From NCBI GenBank assembly GCA_963726245.1, contig CAVSBT010000017.1, positions 32,001-96,000 of the forward strand: 64,000 bases of DNA. The letters are read 5' to 3'. Under the pieces are notes generated by a model. That model saw nothing but the letters and a program-made list of their open reading frames with translations. It did no database searches and had not been told where the DNA came from. Source of the DNA: an uncultured Chloroflexia bacterium. GTDB taxonomy: Bacteria; Chloroflexota; Dehalococcoidia; DSTF01; JALHUB01. Both the position numbers and the translations under genes were made by a program. Shown piece after piece: positions 29,717-39,009 of the stretch; the stretch's first letter is position 1, and each line of letters opens with the position of its first letter.

Positions 29717-30909
29717 TCAGTACGCGGCGCAGGTGACGGAGAGAATAGGGGGCAGAGTTCCCGGGAAGGCGCTGCCAGTGATCGCCGCCGTCGGTGCTGG
29801 CGTACACCTGGCCGTTGCTCGTCCCAACGTAGACGCCTTCTGGATCGAGGCCGTCGGTATCCATGCCTTCGCGGTAGACGCTCTGGTAGTCGTGAGGGCC
29901 GGGCAGGCCGTCGGTGAGCGCCTGCCACGACTTGCCGGAATCGCTTGTGCGGTAGACGGTCAACTGGCCGGGGCACACCCGGAAGTTGTCCCCCTCGTAT
30001 TGCAGCGGAACGACGTATGCGGCGTCCGGCTGTCGGCGTGTGACTGCGATGGGGAAGCCGTGGAAGGAAGGCAGGCCTTCGGTCACGTCCGTCCAGGTTG
30101 CGCCGGCGTCATCCGAGCGGAACACGCCCATGTGCGCCTGGGCCCAGAGGCGGTCGGGGTTCTTGGTGTCCAGGCGCAGCTTGTGCATCTCGTTGATGGC
30201 GAGCGGGTCGATGTCGGCGGGGAGGGCGTCCGGAAACATCGCGCTCAGGCGCTCGATCTCCTTGATCGCGTCAGGCGTCGCCACCACCGCCGTGTGCGAG
30301 AACGTCTCCCACGTCTGCCCGCCGTCGGTGGTGACGTACGAGCCGCCCGAGCTGACGCAAGCATACATGCGGCGGGCGTTCCGGGGTTCGATCTCGATGC
30401 TGTGGAGGCAGGAGTCGCCGCCGCCGCTGCCGGACCAGTCCTTTCGCTGGGGATGCCGGTTCAGGCCATCGACCGGTGCCCACGAGTGACCCCAGTCCTC
30501 GCTACGGAACAGGCCGGCGGGCTGCGTCCCGCAGTAGACCACGCCCGGCTCGCTCTGGTGGCCCGGGCCTCACGCACCAGATGTTGCCGACAGTCAGAGG
30601 CTTGTCCGGCTGCGTCTGCCCCGGCAGCGGCCTCTCTGTCATTTTCATGTCCTGCGGGAAGCCAAGGCCCTCGCTCCGCCAGTCCCACTCCTTCAGGTCT
30701 GTGCTCTTGGCAACCGAGGGTCCCCACGCCCAGTGGTTCGCGGCCATGTAGAAGCGCGGCGGCTGGGTGCGCGTGTCGGCGGCCATGTGGTATATGGACC
30801 AGCCGGGAAGGGCGGGCTCGGATACCTCCCACTTCTGCCGCCTCTCGTCCGAGGAGTAGATGAAGGCGCCTTTGCGCGTGCCGACAAGAAGGTGTACGTG
30901 GCCGGACAT
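29717..30909 (-). CDS. BNR/Asp-box beta-propeller protein (sialidase/glycosyl hydrolase-like; indels)
   Basis: LLVGTRKGAF start; repeated Asp-boxes TDGGQTW, SDDAGATW, SDSGKSW, STDGGDHW. Confidence 0.8.
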
Positions 30910-31041
30910 GTCGGATCCCTCCCGCGTGTAGGGGGCATCCTGCCCCGCTGTCCCTAACGAATATATGTTACCACGTGGGGCATGCGCCCCCATGCTTGGG
31001 GTGGCCAGGGGTATCGTGATTCAGGGGTGGGCAGCGCTCGC

Positions 31042-31837
31042 TCAGAGCCCGATGAGCTTGTCGAGGCCGCGCACCAGCTCGCTGCGGTTCATGACCTCCC
31101 GGACGGCCAGGAGGACGCCCGGGATGAAGGACTCGCGGCCCGTGGAGTCGTGCCGGAGGGAGAGGGTCTGGCCCCTGGCCGCCGAAGATCACCTCCTGGT
31201 GGGCCACCAGCCCCGGCAGCCGCACGCTGTGGATGCTGATGCCGTCCAGGGAGCCGCCGCGGGTGCCGGGCAGCGTCTCCTTCTGGGGCACGTTCTGCTC
31301 GAAGGGGCGGCCGCGGGCGGCCAGCATCTCGCGGGCGGTCGTCAGGGCCGTGCCGGAGGGAGCGTCCACCTTCTGCTCGTGGTGGAGCTCTATCACCTCG
31401 GCGTAGTCGAAGTGGCGGGCGGCGATGCCGGCCAGGTGGATGAGGAGCACGGCGCCGATGGCGAAGTTGGGGGCGAGCACCGCGCCCAGGCCCTTCTGCT
31501 TGCAGGTCGCCTCCAGCTCGCGCACGAAGTCGTCGGGGAGGCCGGTGGTGCCGATGACCAGTCGCGCCCCCGCCTCCAGGGCGGCGCGGGCCACCGACGG
31601 CGCCCACTCCGCGTTCGTGAAGTCGACGACTACGTCGGGCCGGCAGCGGGCGAAGAGCGTCTGCGGATCGCGGTCCAGGGGGATCAGCCCCGATGCGTCC
31701 GGCAGGGAGGCGAACTCCTCCGCCGAGAACTTCTCAAGCAGGCCAACGGGCTCCAGGTCCGGCTCGCGGCAGAGGGCGGCCAGGACCTCCCGGCCCATCT
31801 TGCCCGAGCCGCTGACCACAACGCGAATGGAGGACAT
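31042..31837 (-). CDS. dapB: 4-hydroxy-tetrahydrodipicolinate reductase (indel near the 3' end)
   Basis: GSGKMG, VVVDFT, VIGTTG, APNFAIG, IELHHEQKVDAPSGTA, HSVRLPGLVAHQEVIFG. Confidence 0.95.
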
Positions 31838-31964
31838 GGCAGCCCCCTCCCTCAGATGATAGCGGCATTATAGTCGCTGCGCCTTAGGAGAAGAAGGGTC
31901 CGCTTGGGGTGATCAGCTATGGATGGGCACCGCGACCCCAACCTGGAAGGTTGGGGCATCAGAC

Positions 31965-32042
31965 CCAGACGTAAGGACGAAGCTTTAGCTTCGTCCGAGA
32001 GGCAGCCAAAGGAGGCGGACGGAGCTGAAGCTCCGTCCTTAC
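31965..32042 (+). repeat. 78-bp REP doublet (REPIN/BIME-like), copy 1
   Basis: Two inverted GTAAGGACGGAGCTTNAGCTCCGTCC units; about 71/78 identical to the reverse complement of 34541-34618. Confidence 0.85.
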
Positions 32043-32167
32043 GAGGTGGTCGCGCGTGCTATAAGTGCGCCGGCCACGGCGGGCTGCGCCCTTACGAACC
32101 GGGCGCGAAGTCGCCCTCGCGAATCTGTCGGGGCCTCAAGCCTCCGACCTACGAGACCGACCTTCGG

Positions 32168-32304
32168 TTGACGCCCTGACGTCTTCCTACCTATACTGAC
32201 ATTAAGAGCCTGTGCGCTCGCGCGCGAGCGCTTCCGTTTGTTGCCCTTCGGGGCTTTTTATTGTGTCTGCCGGTGACGGGCCACGGGCAAACCCGCTCAC
32301 AGGC
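32168..32304 (+). promoter_or_regulatory. Promoter and structured leader of the M16 peptidase operon
   Basis: TTGACG-18 nt-TATACT; gcctgtg/cacaggc closing stem; gccc-TTCG-gggc-ttttt hairpin inside the leader. Confidence 0.45.
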
Positions 32305-32326
32305 ATATCAGGGTTGGGGTGAAAGC

Positions 32327-33601
32327 ATGACGCTATCATGGCAGACCGGCGTGCTGGAGAACGGCCTGCAGGTCGTTACTACCCCCCTGCCGACGGCTCA
32401 GTCGGTCAGCGTGAACATCTTCGTGGGCGTCGGCTCCCGGGGCGAGGACCGGCGCCGCAACGGCCTCTCCCACTACCTGGAGCACATGCTCTTCAAGGGC
32501 AGCCGGAAGCGTCCCAGCACCATGGCCATCGCCGAGGCCGTCGAAGGGGCGGGCGGCGTCCTCAATGCCTTCACTATGGAGGAACTCACCTGCTACTGGA
32601 ACCACCTCCCCTACGACCGCCTGGACCTGGCTATGGACGTGCTGGCCGACATGGTGGCCGCCCCGCTCCTGGACGCAGCGGAGATCGACCGCGAGCGCAC
32701 GGTGGTGCAGCAGGAGATCAAGCGCGCCTACGACCAGCCGTCGGCGTGGGCCGGCGAGCTGCTCTCCCGCGCCTCCTACGGCGACCAGCCCATAGGCTGG
32801 CCCGTCGCCGGCACGGAGGAGACGGTCGGAGCCCTTCAGCGCCAGGACTTCCTGGAGCACGTGCAGACTTGGTACGTCCCCAACGACATGGTGCTCAGCG
32901 TCGCCGGCAACACCAACCACGAGCAGGTGATGGAGGCGGCGCGCCGCTACCTGGGCTCCCTGGAGAAGCGGCCCGTTCCCGCCTTCGAGCCTGCACGGCA
33001 CGAGGTGCCCCAGGAGCGGGTGCTGGTGGAGAAGCGTGACATCGCCCAGTCCAACCTGGCTCTCGCCCTGCGCGCCCTCTCCCGCACCGACCCCGACCGA
33101 TACGCCCTCCTGATCCTGAACAGCATCCTCGGCCGGGGCATGAGCTCCCGCCTCTTCAAGGAGGTGCGAGAACGCCGCGGCCTCGCCTACGCCGTCGGCT
33201 CCGGCCTCAGCCGCCACAACGACACCGGCCTCCTCTCGATCTTCGCCGGCGTTAGCCCGGAGAACCTCCACGAGGCGACCCGGGTGATCGTGGACGAGGT
33301 CTTCAGGCTCTGTGAAGAGCCGGTGCCGGAGGAGGAGATGGCCAAAGCGCGGGACTACTCGGTGGGCACCTTCCGCCTCAGCCTCGAGACGCCCATGGCC
33401 CTGGCCCGGCGCGCCGGCGAGAACCTGCTCACGACCGGCGAGATTGAGCCCATCGATGAGGTGGTGGCGAAGCTGGAGGCGGTGAGCGCCGGCGACGTGA
33501 TGAAGGTGGCGCGCCGCCTCTTCCGCCGCGACGGCGTATCGGCGGCGGCGGTGGGCCCCGGCGTCGACCAGGAGGAGCTGGCGGCCCTGCTGGCGGCCTA
33601 G
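32327..33601 (+). CDS. M16 (pitrilysin) family zinc peptidase
   Basis: Inverted zincin HYLEHMLFKG, LNAFT, SSRLFKEVRERRGLAY. Confidence 0.92.
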   Translation: MTLSWQTGVLENGLQVVTTPLPTAQSVSVNIFVGVGSRGEDRRRNGLSHYLEHMLFKGSRKRPSTMAIAEAVEGAGGVLNAFTMEELTCYWNHLPYDRLDLAMDVLADMVAAPLLDAAEIDRERTVVQQEIKRAYDQPSAWAGELLSRASYGDQPIGWPVAGTEETVGALQRQDFLEHVQTWYVPNDMVLSVAGNTNHEQVMEAARRYLGSLEKRPVPAFEPARHEVPQERVLVEKRDIAQSNLALALRALSRTDPDRYALLILNSILGRGMSSRLFKEVRERRGLAYAVGSGLSRHNDTGLLSIFAGVSPENLHEATRVIVDEVFRLCEEPVPEEEMAKARDYSVGTFRLSLETPMALARRAGENLLTTGEIEPIDEVVAKLEAVSAGDVMKVARRLFRRDGVSAAAVGPGVDQEELAALLAA

Positions 33602-33609
33602 GAGCGCCT

Positions 33610-34497
33610 TTGAACCTCTACCGCAGCCTCATCTTCGTGCCCGGCATCCGGGAGAACATGATCGAGAAGGCTCAGGCCCTCGACGCCGACGTTATCGTCC
33701 TCGACCTGGAGGACTCGGTGCCGCCGGCTGAGAAGGAGCAGGCGCGGCAGATCGTGCGCAAAGCCGTCCCTACGCTGGCCGCCCTCGGTCACACCGTGCA
33801 CGTCCGCGTCAACCCCATCGGCAGCGGCCTGACCCGCGATGACCTGGCGGCCGTGGTCTGCCCCGAGCTCTCGGGTCTCGGCCTGCCCAAGGCGGAGTCG
33901 GCCCAGGACGTGCGCGACATCGACGTCCTCATCCGGGAGCAGGAGCTGGAGCACGGCGTGAAGCCGGGCGCGATAGCCTTGATCCCCGCCATCGAGTCGG
34001 CCCGCGGCGTCCTCCGCTGCGAGGAGATCACCCGCGCCTCGACGCGCCTCACCGCCATCGCCCTCGGCGCCGACGACTACACCGCCGACCTCGGCGTGCA
34101 CCGCACCCGCGAGGGCCGCGAGCTGGACTACGCCCGCCAGGTGATGGTGGTCTGCACCCGCGCCGCCGACATCGTGGCGCTGGACAGCCCCTTCGCCGAC
34201 TTCCGGGACGAGGAAGGGCTGGTGCGGGAATCGGAGTGGGTGCGTTCGTTGGGCTTCAAGGGGAAGTACCTCATCCATCCCGGCCAGGTCGGGCCTGTGA
34301 ACCGCGTCTTCCGACCCGGCGAGGAAGAGGTTGCCTACGCCCGCCGTGTCGTGGAGGCCTTCGAGGAAGCGGTTGCTCGGGGCCACGGCGCGGTGCAGGT
34401 GGACGGCCGCATGGTGGACGCGCCGGTGGCCAAACGCGCCCGGGCGCTCATTGCGCTGGCCGAGGCCATCGAAGCCCGGGAGCGGTCCCACCGGTAA
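33610..34497 (+). CDS. CitE/HpcH-family CoA-ester lyase
   Basis: RSLIFVPG, LDLEDSV, VRVN, LPKAES, IESARG, GFKGKYLIHPGQ, DGRMVDAP. Confidence 0.9.
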   Translation: MNLYRSLIFVPGIRENMIEKAQALDADVIVLDLEDSVPPAEKEQARQIVRKAVPTLAALGHTVHVRVNPIGSGLTRDDLAAVVCPELSGLGLPKAESAQDVRDIDVLIREQELEHGVKPGAIALIPAIESARGVLRCEEITRASTRLTAIALGADDYTADLGVHRTREGRELDYARQVMVVCTRAADIVALDSPFADFRDEEGLVRESEWVRSLGFKGKYLIHPGQVGPVNRVFRPGEEEVAYARRVVEAFEEAVARGHGAVQVDGRMVDAPVAKRARALIALAEAIEARERSHR

Positions 34498-34540
34498 GGG
34501 CTTGTCGGAACGCAGCCATCAACGAGATGACTTACTTGCA

Positions 34541-34618
34541 GTAAGGACGGAGCTTCAGCTCCGTCCGTCTCCTTCGGCTGTCTTGCGGACGGAGCTAAAG
34601 CTCCGTCCTTACGTCTGG
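34541..34618 (-). repeat. 78-bp REP doublet, copy 2 (inverted relative to copy 1)
   Basis: gtaaggacggagcttcagctccgtcc...ggacggagctaaagctccgtccttacgtctgg. Confidence 0.85.
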
Positions 34619-34711
34619 CGACCGCCCGTTGCGGCCAATCTGTGCCTGTCTGTGTCCATCTGTGGCTGACGGTCTATCGAACCAGCTATGGAAGGCGCGA
34701 CGCTGCGTGCC

Positions 34712-35566
34712 TCAGCGGGCGCCGAGGTCCGCCGCCCACCAGTCGCCGAAGCTGCTGCTGCTCAGGTAGTAGTAACCGGCTCCGATCTCCCTGTAGGCCG
34801 GGTCCAGAAGGCGGGCCCGGTGGTCGGGATCGGCCAGCCATCCTGCGACAGCCTCCTCCGGGCTTGCGTACCCTGCCGCGACGACCTCCCCAAGGGTAGT
34901 CCAGCCGCCGTAACCGGCTGCCCGCACGCGCGCCGTCATCGTCGACCCGTCTGGAGCCGTGTGACTTAGGCGGCCGGCCTCGGCCATGGCGCAGGCCTGC
35001 CGCTGGGCGGCCTCCATGAGGCTCGGCGCCGGTGAGAGAGGCGCCAGGCCCTCCTCTCGGCGGGCAGCGTTTATCAGCTCGACCACGCGGCTGACGAAGG
35101 CCGCGTTCCCGCTGACGATGACGGGGGACGGAGTCGGGCCGGGCGCCTTCGCCGGCTCAGGCGCAGGAGCCGCCGCCTCCGGTGGAGAAGTGGACGGCTC
35201 AAACGCGGACAGCACCGCCTCTTCCGGAGAAGGGGCCGGCTCTGGGGACGCCGCCGGCAGCTCCTGTGCGGGAACCTCAGCCGGCAGCGATGCAGGCGTG
35301 GGGAGCGGTGGTGCTGGCGTGTCGGCGGCGAGTTTGCCCTTGACGGTAGCGGCCATCGCCGCCGCGCGGGCGTCCGATGATGGCCGCTTAGGCGATTCCG
35401 AGCAGGCGGCAAGGAGAACTGTGCCGGACAGGCAGGCCGCCGCGACGAGAGGGAGGATGATTCTGCGGAGCCAGGCAGACCGGCCTATCTGCCCTCCGCG
35501 ACGGGCCTGACGGGAAAGAGAATCCAGCATCCTGCTGTCGGTTTCTCCAGTCGGTCGCTCCGGCAC
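34712..35566 (-). CDS. CAP/SCP-domain lipoprotein with Pro/Ala-rich linker
   Basis: LLAAC lipobox; LINAARREEGLAPL, LSHTAPDGS, GEVVAAG, HRARLLDPAYREIGAG. Confidence 0.85.
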   Translation of the reverse strand: MPERPTGETDSRMLDSLSRQARRGGQIGRSAWLRRIILPLVAAACLSGTVLLAACSESPKRPSSDARAAAMAATVKGKLAADTPAPPLPTPASLPAEVPAQELPAASPEPAPSPEEAVLSAFEPSTSPPEAAAPAPEPAKAPGPTPSPVIVSGNAAFVSRVVELINAARREEGLAPLSPAPSLMEAAQRQACAMAEAGRLSHTAPDGSTMTARVRAAGYGGWTTLGEVVAAGYASPEEAVAGWLADPDHRARLLDPAYREIGAGYYYLSSSSFGDWWAADLGAR

Positions 35567-35703
35567 CCGACAGTGCCCCTCGCCCGGTCGCAGTTTACAG
35601 GCGAATGGCGCGCACGTAAAGCCAGGTCCTTTGAGGCGGCCGGTCCGGGTAGGGGAAGTCCGCGTAGAGGAAGGCTTCAGCCTTCCACAGAGGCCGTGGA
35701 GGG

Positions 35704-36612
35704 CTAGAGCCCTCCGCTACGCGCATGGCCTTCGGAGGGAGGGCTCGTCCACATTTTGGCAAGGGCGCGGCCGTCCCGCCGCTCGCTCGTCAAGCGTGCG
35801 TCCGTGGCCACGTGGCTCAGGAACCACTGGTAGCGGGCGGGCGAGAGGCCGGCCAGTTGCGACGGGTCATAGAAGAAGAGGGCGAAGGAGTTGGCGTAGT
35901 CCTCCAGGGGGTCTTGGTGAGAGAGGTAGCTCCACACCTTCGGCCCGTCATAGGCGAACCGCAGCTCCGTCTGGTCATGGGCGGCGGCCACCTCGGCATC
36001 GGTGCTGAGGAGCCGCCAGCCGGTGGCCTGCATGAAATCGCGCATCTCCGGCTGGAGGACGACCCAGGCGTAGCGGCCGGCCGGCGTCGATCGCATCTGA
36101 TAGGCGTGGCCCAGCTCATGGAGGACGGTGCGCATCCCCTGGTCAGGGACGAGCACCAACTCGTTGAGGCTGTCGTTGTTGGAGTAGAAGTTGGCGCCGC
36201 TGGGGTAGATGCTCTGGCCGGAGAGGGTGCGTCCGTCCCTGTTGACCAGGATGTTCAGACGGCCGTAGGAAGGGTTGCCCAGGTTGCTGACCACTTGCGG
36301 CGGCAGAAGGGCGAGGGCGTCCATGACCGTCTGAAGGGTCAGCGCATCCCAGGACTGGCCATCGAGGACGATCTCGACGCCGTAACGATCCCGCGCCTCC
36401 GCCTGCAGCGGCAGCGGGTCCCAGGACTGAGTGGCAGGTGCGACTTCGGAGACGTACTGCACGAGCGGCGCTTGCACCGGGCAGGTGGCGGCGACGCCTG
36501 TCACCAGAAGGAGGCAGGACGCCAGGAGCAGCCGTACCGGCAGCCGCCGGCGGGTGGGAGACGGCGACGGCGCCGCCGTCTTCGCAGGCTCTTCGAGCCG
36601 GAAACGTAGCAT
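35704..36612 (-). CDS. Secreted/membrane-anchored putative zinc metalloprotease
   Basis: N-terminal hydrophobic segment, VLHELGH (HExxH), downstream PLEDYANSF. Confidence 0.65.
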   Translation of the reverse strand: MLRFRLEEPAKTAAPSPSPTRRRLPVRLLLASCLLLVTGVAATCPVQAPLVQYVSEVAPATQSWDPLPLQAEARDRYGVEIVLDGQSWDALTLQTVMDALALLPPQVVSNLGNPSYGRLNILVNRDGRTLSGQSIYPSGANFYSNNDSLNELVLVPDQGMRTVLHELGHAYQMRSTPAGRYAWVVLQPEMRDFMQATGWRLLSTDAEVAAAHDQTELRFAYDGPKVWSYLSHQDPLEDYANSFALFFYDPSQLAGLSPARYQWFLSHVATDARLTSERRDGRALAKMWTSPPSEGHARSGGL

Positions 36613-36861
36613 GGCCTCACAAGGCGGTGTACAGGGCGGGGATAACAATAACCGGCAACCTCTGTTGCCGGTTTCACCCTGGCTGGCCCGTGGACGGGCC
36701 CGACCGAAGCCCCGGTGACCATGTTCGGCGCCCTCTGGTGTGGTCCGCCACGAGAATAGGACTGCCTGTGGCGGGGGAGGGCCGCGGGCCTCGGCTTAGC
36801 GCCTCAACAGAAGAACCAGTCTTCTATATGATCTAACTCCGGAAAGGCGCGGATATAACAG

Positions 36862-37394
36862 TTAACCCACATCGCCATGTATCTGACCCAGGTGCCGTAG
36901 CTCCTCCCGCGCCTCGGCGGCGATGCGACGGTGCCGCGCCAGGAGAAGCCGCTTCGTGCGTCTCGATGAGCGCCAGCCGCTGCGGCGAGAGAAGGCCGCT
37001 GGGAGGCCAGCTCGATCACCTCGTCCTCGTCCTCGGTCCAGGCGCGCCCCGACGGGTTCGCCCAAACGTCCAGCGCCAGGTCCAGATACTCGACGCGCCC
37101 CGGCCGCAGCCGCACCTCGTCCACGACGTCGAAACGGTGGGCGATGAGCCCGCCGTCGGGGCCGTGGAGCACGTACAGCAGGTAGTGCCTCCGCGACCAG
37201 AAGAAGCCGTAGGTTCGGCTCCCGGCCGGAAACAGGAAGCCCCCGGCCCGGCGCTCGCCGGGGTGAGGGAAGAGCAGTACGGCGAGGCGCGGGCTCATGT
37301 GCAGAGCGCGGCAAGGGAAGGTCTCCTGGCCTCCTCGCGGGAAGCGCTTGACCTCCAGGACCTCTGAACCTGCGGCCGATTCTGGACGCTTCAT
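36862..37394 (-). CDS. DUF402-like protein (indel)
   Basis: GFFWSRRHY, RFDVVD, VEYLDLALDVW, EDEDE. Confidence 0.65.
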
Positions 37395-37466
37395 GGCTCA
37401 AGTGCTATGCTGCGGCCGCCTCTCGGGCTGGACGCCCGAGCGGCCCGCAGCACAAAGGAGAGCGCC

Positions 37467-38258
37467 ATGCCGGACTTCGAGAACGTCATATATGAGAGGA
37501 ACGGCAGGATCGCCGTCATCACCATCAACCGCCCGCAGCGGATGAACGCCATTGACCCCCAGACGAGCCGCGAGCTCCGCGAGGTCTGGTCCGACTTCCG
37601 GGACGACAACGAGCTCTGGGTGGCGATATTCACCGGCGCCGGCGAGCGCGCCTTCTCGACCGGCCTGGACCTGGTAGCGACGGCCCAGGCGTTCACCAGC
37701 GGCGTCGTGGGCGGGATGCAGTTCGGGGTGCCCTTCGGCGGCATCACCCGCGACTTCGAAGTCTTCAAGCCGACGATCGCCGCGATCAACGGCCACTGCC
37801 TGGCCGGCGGCCTGGAGATGGCCCTCTGCTGCGACATCCGCATCGCCGCCGAGAACGCCACCTTCGGCCTGATGGAGGTGACGCGGGCCATCATCCCCGG
37901 CGCGGGCGGCACCCAGCGTCTGCCGCGGGCCATCGGCCTCCCGAAAGCACTGGAGCTCATCATTACGGGCCGCCGCATCGACGCCCAGGCGGCGCTGGGC
38001 TTTGGCCTGGTGAGCCAGGTGGTGCCCCTGCCGGAGCTCATGTCCAATGCCATGGCTCTGGCCGAGCTGATCTGCCAGAATGGGCCCCTGGCCGTCCGGA
38101 TGGCCAAGGAGGCGGCCTGTCGCGGCTACGAGATGACCCTGGAGCAGGGCCTGGCGGTGGAGGCCAAGCTCTCCGACGAGGTCTGGCGCACAGAGGACGC
38201 CCGCGAGGGGCCCTCGGCCTTCGCCGAGAAACGGAAGCCGCAGTACAAGGGCCGGTGA
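37467..38258 (+). CDS. Enoyl-CoA hydratase/isomerase family protein
   Basis: ITINRPQRMNA, AFSTGLDL, KPTIAAINGHCLAGGLEMAL, PGAGGTQRLPRAIG. Confidence 0.92.
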   Translation: MPDFENVIYERNGRIAVITINRPQRMNAIDPQTSRELREVWSDFRDDNELWVAIFTGAGERAFSTGLDLVATAQAFTSGVVGGMQFGVPFGGITRDFEVFKPTIAAINGHCLAGGLEMALCCDIRIAAENATFGLMEVTRAIIPGAGGTQRLPRAIGLPKALELIITGRRIDAQAALGFGLVSQVVPLPELMSNAMALAELICQNGPLAVRMAKEAACRGYEMTLEQGLAVEAKLSDEVWRTEDAREGPSAFAEKRKPQYKGR

Positions 38259-38301
38259 GCTGGCTGCCCGCCGCAAGGCGGGCCTGCCCGTCTGCCCGGG
38301 C

Positions 38302-38841
38302 CTACCCATCATCGGCGGCACGGCGCACGTTGCCCTGCAGGTCGCTGTGGTAGACGTACTCGCCGCCCCGGGTTCCCAGGACGACACGAAAACCCGGGGT
38401 GATCACCTCGGCGCAGACCTCGTGGTCGCCGGCCGCACCCAGGCAGGCATCCGGCCACTCGACGCGTTCAACTTGCTCCACCGACACCTGGGCCTCGGGC
38501 ACCCCCAGACTGTCCGAAAGCTGGCGCCGGGCCTCATCGAGGGCCAGCGGGCCCCAGGTGAGCCAGCGCCCGCCGGAGCGCGTCAGCACCTCCCACTCCT
38601 TGCCGCCGGAGCGGAGCCGGAACACGTCGACCGCGCCCTCCGGGGTCTCGCCGCTCCCGGCACTCTCCACCTCCGAAGCGGAGAGTGAGCCCAGAGGCCG
38701 GCTGCCCGTGGATCGGTAGGAAGCCCCCTCGAAGACCAGGCCGGCTTTGTCCGTGGGCGTGCCGGACGGGGTCAGGGCGCCGCCGCCGCAGGCAGCGAAC
38801 GGCAGAGCCAGAAGCAACATGAGAAAGACCGACCAGCGCAC
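38302..38841 (-). CDS. Hypothetical lipoprotein
   Basis: FAACGG lipobox; C-terminal VEWPDACLG...CAEVITPGFRV...YVYHSD motif. Confidence 0.7.
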   Translation of the reverse strand: MRWSVFLMLLLALPFAACGGGALTPSGTPTDKAGLVFEGASYRSTGSRPLGSLSASEVESAGSGETPEGAVDVFRLRSGGKEWEVLTRSGGRWLTWGPLALDEARRQLSDSLGVPEAQVSVEQVERVEWPDACLGAAGDHEVCAEVITPGFRVVLGTRGGEYVYHSDLQGNVRRAADDG

Positions 38842-39009
38842 GAGCCGCCTCCGCTGCGGATTTGCCCACCGACCTCATCTTAGACGATTCCGCCGTCGCT
38901 CGTCTCTCGCTGCTTCCCGCCTCGCCTTCGATCTGTTATACTCGCGCCGGACTATTAGAGAAGGAGTGAGCGGCCGCGCGCCCGGCCAGGGTCGGGACGG
39001 CCGTTATTC

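Noticed and set aside
31965-32042. REP doublet read as a mini-CRISPR or IS end
   Set aside because: The units are inverted rather than direct, the spacer is conserved between copies, and there is no transposase or target-site duplication.
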